Below, one piece after another: positions 60,801 through 64,000 of a stretch of DNA of 64,000 nucleotides. Under the pieces are notes generated by a model, which did no database searches, was not told where the DNA came from, and saw only the letters and a list, made by a program, of their open reading frames with translations. Numbering within the stretch: position 1 is the stretch's first letter; every line of letters starts with the position of its first letter. This DNA comes from Octopus sinensis (Eukaryota). A program made the position numbers and the translations under genes. Location of the stretch: NCBI RefSeq assembly GCF_006345805.1, contig NC_042997.1:170314001-170378000 (forward strand), in the 5' to 3' direction.

Positions 60801-62575
60801 AAACTGTTGGACCAGGTGATGAAGGTCTTAGAGAAGGTCATAACCAATCTCATTAGGGAGAGAATTTGTTTAGATGAAATGCAGTTCGGTTTTGTACCAG
60901 GTAGAAGCACCACTGATGCTATATTCCTGGTCCGACAACTGCAGGAGAAGTACCTAGCTAAAGATAAACCCCTCTACATAGCTTTTGTAGACTTGGAGAA
61001 AGCCTTTGACAGGGTTCCCCGTTCCCTTATCTGGTGGTCGATGCGGAAACTGGAGATTGAAGAATGGCTAATAAGGGCTGTACAGGCTCTATACAGAGAG
61101 GCTGTCAGCAAGGTTAGGATTGGCAACGAATATAGTGAAGAATTCCGGGTAGAAGTAGGTGTGCACCAGGGCTCAGCCCTCAGTTCCCTTTTATTCATCA
61201 TAGTCCTTCAGGCAATAACAGAGGAATTCAAAACGGGATGCCCCTGGGAGCTCCTCTATGCCGATGACCTAGCTCTCATAGCAGAATCACTACCGGAACT
61301 AGAAGAGAAATTTTGGGTGTGGAAGCAAGGGTTGGAATCAAAGGGCCTTAGAATAAATGTAGCAAAGACCAAAGTATTAGTAAGCAGCAAGAGGTACTCA
61401 GCACACACCCCCTCGGGTAGGTGGCCCTGCTCAACCTGTAGGAAAGGTACAGGTAGAAACTCCATAAGATGCACCCAATGTAAGTTATGGACACATAAGA
61501 GGTGCAGCAACATTAAAGGGAAATTAACAGATAAGATAGCTTTCATGTGCGGCAGATGCACAGGGACAATAGACACAACAGACACTCAGAAAACAGATTC
61601 CATCACACTCCAGGGAGAGAAACTAGAAGTAGTTGATAGTTTCCGCTACCTGGGTGACCAAGTTAGTAGCGGAGGTGGATGCACAGAGAGTATCACCACT
61701 AGAATACGAATAGCCTGGGCAAAGTTCAGAAAGCTCCTACCCCTACTGGCAACAAAAGGTCTCTCCCTCAGAGCGAAAGGTAGATTGTATGATGCATGTG
61801 TGCGAACTGCCATGCTCCACGGTAATGAAACATGGGCTGTGACTGCAGAAGACATGCGTAGACTTGAAAGAAATGAAGCTAGCATGATCCGCTGGATGTG
61901 TAGTGTCAGTGTGCACGCAAGACAGAGTGTAAGCATCCTGAGAGAAATGCTGGATATAAGAAGCATCAGATGTGGTGTGCAAGAGCGACGCTTGCGATGG
62001 TATGGTCATGTGCTGCGGATGGATGAAGAGAGATGTGTGAAGAAGTGCCACTCCCAAACAGTTGAAGGTATCAGGGGGAGAGGTAGACCCAGGAAGACAT
62101 GGGATGAGGTAGTCAAGCATGACCTCAGAGCATTGGGCCTCACTGAGGCAATGGCGAAGGACCGAGATCTCTGGAGATATGCTGTGACTACAAAGACCCG
62201 GGCTGCTTTCTGCAGCAATTCCACTTACCCCCTACCCATTCTAAGTACCCCGGATCCCCAAAGTACCCTGGATCCCCAAAGTACCCGATCCCCAAAGTAC
62301 CCCGGACCTCGTTGCCCCCGTGCCGCTGACACGTTAAAAGCTCGAACCGATCGTGACCGATGCCGGACCCTCCGGCCCCTGTGCAGGTGGCACGTAAAAA
62401 GCACCCAATCCACTCACGGAGTGGTTGGCGTTAGGATGGGCATCCAGCCGTAGAAACTCTGCCAGATTCAGACTGGAGCCTGGAGCGGCCCCTGGCTTCC
62501 CAGACCCGGTCGAACCGTCCAACCCGTGCTAGCGCGGAAAGCGGACGTTAAACGATGATGATGATGATGATGATA
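57895..62575 (+). mobile_element. Near-full-length RTE-clade LINE in a WDR19 intron, sense orientation
   Basis: Repeat-structured 5' region, APE endonuclease, RT and a 3' UTR ending GGACGTTAAAC(GAT)n. The 5' boundary is uncertain and no TSD was identified. Confidence 0.9.
59026..62453 (+). pseudogene. RTE ORF: APE endonuclease + reverse transcriptase with inserted PHD finger; frameshifted
   Basis: APE motifs TINVGTL, CIQEVRW, SAYAPQ, GDFNGHVG, IDFIL. RT motifs NYRGIKL, QFGF, FVDLEKAFD, VHQGS, YADD (61257-61268). A +1 T at 59705-59707 breaks EF-CDAC, and the ATG at 59026 is out of frame with the APE domain. Confidence 0.9.
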
Positions 62576-62738
62576 TATATATATATTAATATATATTTTA
62601 TATCTTATATGTAAAGCATAATATGTTATACATATATGTATATCTTGTAATTGTCAGTTTAGTAAATAAATAATAAGTTTACATAATATAAATTTTAATG
62701 TTGATGAACCACCTATTGATCCCTTCCATTTTCTTATT

Positions 62739-62811
<73 letters not shown>

Positions 62812-63354
62812 GTGTGTGTATGCACATGTGCACATGCACACAAACATATAAATAAACATAAGATGTTCATTTGTTCTTAACCAGTCAGGATTTTATCAGT
62901 AAAACACATCTTTAGTTACTTTTTTATAATTTACGTAAATAATGATGTTTAAGTAAATCTGTCTATTTCCCAGGAGTTTGTTAAACCTGTTTAATTCTGA
63001 GAGACATAGTATTCTATACAAATGTTGCTAACAAGTTATTGGAGAAAAAGCTCAGGACAATAGCTAAATCTTGAATTACTTTATACATTTTATCTATTCA
63101 TTAACCGTCAATCCATCCTTCATCAATAAATCTACTTATCCATCCATCCATTTATTTGGTCAGTCATTCATCCATCAGTTCATTCACTCACTCATCATCC
63201 ATCCATTCATCTATTTATTGAGTCACTCATCCATTTATCCATCATCAATTCACTTTTGTGAACACATACAACTGCAGCCCATCAACCAACCAACCAATCC
63301 ATCCATCCATCCAGTGATGTCTGTCTGTCTTGATATATTTTCTGTTTTCTCTAG

Positions 63355-63436
63355 GCATGGAGATGGCTACATTGTAATTGGTTTTTCATCTGGGTACTTT
63401 GTTGGTATATCTACCCACATAAAAGAGATTGGACAG
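63355..63436 (+). CDS. WDR19: WDR19/IFT144 exon (gene continues beyond window)
   Basis: TTTTCTCTAG acceptor and GTATGT donor, 82 nt, phase 2 to 0. [27 protein letters not shown] matches [27 protein letters not shown]. Confidence 0.95.
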
Positions 63437-63712
63437 GTATGTTTCACTTTTTAAGATTTTTATATGTGCTGATATTCATAGTAGATATTAACTGCAACAC
63501 TTTCTCAGATATGGGAGCTTTTGACAAGATCATGGGCTCTGTCTCTACTTTCTGACTAATTTAATGAAAAAAAAAAAAAACGGAATTGTCTTGGTATTTC
63601 TAACTTTCTTATATAAGCGTTATATAAAATATTTTATATATAGATATTATCTAATATAAAAAGAACAGCAGTTAATATTTTCAAATTTCTATTATATTAG
63701 TAACGGCATTCA

Positions 63713-64000
63713 TCATCATCATCATCATCGTTTAGCGTCCGCTTTCCATGCTAGCATGGGTTGGACGGGTCAACTGGGGTCTGTGAAGCTGGAAGGCTTC
63801 GTCAGGCCCAGTCAGATCTGGCAGTGTTTCTACGGCTGGATGCCCTTCCTAACGCCAACCACTCCGCGAGTGTAGTGGGTGTTTTTTACGTGCCACCTGC
63901 ACAGGTGCCAGACAGAGCTGGCGAACGGCCATGAACGGATGGTGCTTTTACGTGTCACCGGCACGGGGCCAGGCGATGCTGGCAACGGACATGAATGGAT
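63713..64000 (-). mobile_element. RTE 3' end (runs off window)
   Basis: (TCA)n tail, RTE terminus, then modules similar to the 62-bp A unit. Confidence 0.88.

Overview
AT-rich eukaryotic genomic DNA. The SINE/LINE repertoire and microsatellite load point to an octopus (coleoid cephalopod) genome; this is an inference from remembered repeat families. Two intron-rich genes lie on the + strand. The first is the 3' part of a dimethylarginine dimethylaminohydrolase (DDAH) family gene (three exons, 11871-19462). Its catalytic Cys position carries Ser, in an LSSLCL motif like vertebrate DDAH2. The second is the 5' part of WDR19/IFT144 (eight coding exons, 30056-63436, continuing past the window). 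Most of the rest is repeats. These include a near-full-length RTE LINE with an embedded PHD finger, a decayed Penelope-like element whose GIY-YIG nuclease is split by an in-frame ~196-codon insert, CR1/L2-type 3' fragments, several SINE families, MITEs (Merlin-like, piggyBac-like, pogo/Tc2-like), minisatellites and microsatellites. The most interesting non-coding signals are hand-folded type I hammerhead ribozymes. One sits in the Penelope 3' terminus. Another sits in an ORF-less 482-bp terminally redundant unit resembling a retrozyme or solo pseudo-LTR. Exon and TSD coordinates were counted by hand. SINE and fragment boundaries are approximate (about +/-10 bp). No database searches were run.
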